From contig CAVVYZ010000002.1 of the NCBI GenBank assembly GCA_963752595.1, positions 308,745 to 372,744 on the forward strand: a DNA stretch of 64,000 nt, read 5' to 3'. This document shows positions 62,316 to 64,000 of this stretch, piece by piece. Source of the stretch: an uncultured delta proteobacterium (GTDB taxonomy: Bacteria > Desulfobacterota > Desulfomonilia > UBA1062). Position 1 is the first letter of the stretch. Each line of letters starts with the position of its first letter. The position numbers and the translations under genes were made by a program. The notes under the pieces were generated by a model. That model saw nothing but the letters and a program-made list of their open reading frames with translations, was not told where the DNA came from and did not search any database.

Positions 62316-63503
62316 ATGGAAGAATGCGTCATTATTGACGGGATACGAACAGCGAATACCAGGGCCCATCCGGAAAAGGGATGGTTCAGGAAGGCGAGGC
62401 CCGAACACCTCCTCATTGCGGTGTACAAAGCCCTGTTCGAGCGAAACCCCAAGATCAGGCCGGAAGATGTGGACGCGGTGTTCTGTGGCTGTGCGAACCA
62501 GGCAGGGATGCAGAACGACATTGCGAGGCTCTCCTGGCTGGCAGGCGGATTCTCCGATACGGTCCCCACAAACGGGATAGGCCAGCAGTGCCCCTCCGGG
62601 ATGGCTGCCGTAGAGCATGCCGCACGGGCGATCATGTGCTCCGAAGGGGACATCTTCATCGCATCCGGGGTGGAGGATATGCTTCACGTACCCCTGGCAT
62701 ACGATTTTGAGCCGCCGCCAGGCCTCATGTGGAGATACCCCATGCATGAGATGCCCATGGAGGCCACTGCTGAGAAGGTGGCCAGGCACTATGCGGTCAG
62801 CAGGGAGGACGCGGAAAATCTGGCATTCTGGAGCCACCAGCGAGCCGCCTCAGCCAGGGATGCGAAGAAGTTCTCCCATGAAATTATCCCCTTAAAAGGG
62901 TTCGATGAGCAGGGAAACGAGTTCCTCGTGGATCAGGATCAATGGATACGGGACAATGTGTCCCGCGAGCGCATGGCAGCCATGAAACCGTTAATCAGAG
63001 ATGACGGCGTAGTGACGGCTGCCGTCTCCTCCCCGGTCTCCACCGCCGGCTGTGCGCTCCTGCTCATGAACAGGAAAAAGGCCGATAAGCTGGGTCTGAA
63101 ATATCACCTGAAGTACGTTGCCGGTGCAATGGCGGGGTGCAATCCCACGATGATGGGCATCGGTCCGGTTTCTGCGGTGAGAAAGCTTCTTGCCAGGGCA
63201 GGGCTTGAGGTCAAAGACATCGGTGTCTGGGAGGTGAACGAAGCCTTCGGGGCACAGACACTCGCAGTGCTGAGGGAATTGAAGATTGCAGAAAATGCAC
63301 CTTTCGAAAACATCAATGTATGGGGAGGTGCGCTGGCATTGGGCCACCCGCTCGGTGAATCGGGCGCACGAATCATCGTAACCCTTCATTCCATCATGAA
63401 GACTGACTTCCGGCATGCAAGATACGGGGTGGCTGCACTCTGCGGCGCGTTCGGCAATTCAAATGCAAGCCTGTGGGAGAATGTCGGGGCCGGGCGGAGC
63501 TAA
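62316..63503 (+). CDS. Thiolase (acetyl-CoA C-acyltransferase)
   Basis: QQCPSG, NEAF, GHPLG.SG, LCGAFG. Confidence 0.92.
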   Translation: MEECVIIDGIRTANTRAHPEKGWFRKARPEHLLIAVYKALFERNPKIRPEDVDAVFCGCANQAGMQNDIARLSWLAGGFSDTVPTNGIGQQCPSGMAAVEHAARAIMCSEGDIFIASGVEDMLHVPLAYDFEPPPGLMWRYPMHEMPMEATAEKVARHYAVSREDAENLAFWSHQRAASARDAKKFSHEIIPLKGFDEQGNEFLVDQDQWIRDNVSRERMAAMKPLIRDDGVVTAAVSSPVSTAGCALLLMNRKKADKLGLKYHLKYVAGAMAGCNPTMMGIGPVSAVRKLLARAGLEVKDIGVWEVNEAFGAQTLAVLRELKIAENAPFENINVWGGALALGHPLGESGARIIVTLHSIMKTDFRHARYGVAALCGAFGNSNASLWENVGAGRS

Positions 63504-64000
63504 CCGGAGTAATCATACCTGTCCTGTCGGAGGCCGTCGGAGTACCTGCCGGCTGTCCTTGATATAGTCTTTGTACATTTGTATCATCATATACTACGCA
63601 TACAGTTACATTCAGGTATAGGCAATTCTTGACTATTTCTTATGAATCAGGGTGTGCCATCATTGATAATCGTGTCAAATAACCATTGACTCTTTTGTCA
63701 AAGAGTGATTGATTTTGTCCTTGGGATGAATTTTTAATCAATTGGATGAAAGGGTTGCCGATGCTGTCCATCCTGAAGACCATACAGGGATTCAGAAGTG
63801 AAATTGATGGATAGTCGTCACCGGACTTGAGCGTATCATTCTTCATTTTGAGTTGCAGAAGCTTTCCAGTATCTGCGGGAACCTTTGAAAAAATTCCCGG
63901 CGGGTGCATCATATGAAATACCGGATGGACAGGATGCATGTCCTCCATGAGTTCTTGTTTGGGGGTAGTATCATGAATAATAAGAATGTTTCAGGAGAGC

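Noticed and set aside
63640-63948. 102-aa minus-strand ORF and an ACTCTTT/AAAGAGT inverted repeat near 63689-63706
   Set aside because: No recognisable motif, AT-rich regulatory-looking DNA at the window edge; cannot be supported.

Overview
Chromosomal window from an anaerobic deltaproteobacterium-like organism (Desulfobacterota; inferred from the Ahb heme genes, LptD, a diadenylate cyclase and fatty-acid catabolism genes). Bases 1-16064 are mostly core genes: nadD-rsfS-rlmH, hemB-ahbD-ahbA, manC, a probable 6S RNA, accD-folC-lptD, a roadblock/DUF4388 signalling operon, gmhA and tmRNA. An ~11.2 kb island sits in the tmRNA 3' end (attL 16037-16069; attR 27237-27266 with a 3-bp deletion). It carries an integrase remnant, a NucS-like fragment and one five-gene defence operon: hsdR-hsdM-hsdS, an ABC ATPase and an HNH nuclease. 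The HsdS has an extra C-terminal winged-helix-like domain, the HsdM has a large insertion, and the ATPase has a poly-Thr linker followed by a CRISPR RAMP/Cas7-like motif (PTIPGSALKGMIR). This operon is the best candidate for an undescribed system. The rest is metabolic and regulatory: GH15 plus glucose dehydrogenase, CoA-disulfide reductase-rhodanese, an acyl-CoA dehydrogenase-rubredoxin fusion, a molybdopterin enzyme-cysteine desulfurase fusion with EgtD (anaerobic ergothioneine synthesis, MES type), a WYL regulator with a Tat-signal HIRAN protein, PAS kinases, a DacA-YbbR fusion, acyl-CoA ligases and a thiolase. Many genes, including nadD, carry small frameshifts that are most likely sequencing or assembly indels. 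All calls are by eye from motifs; no searches were run.
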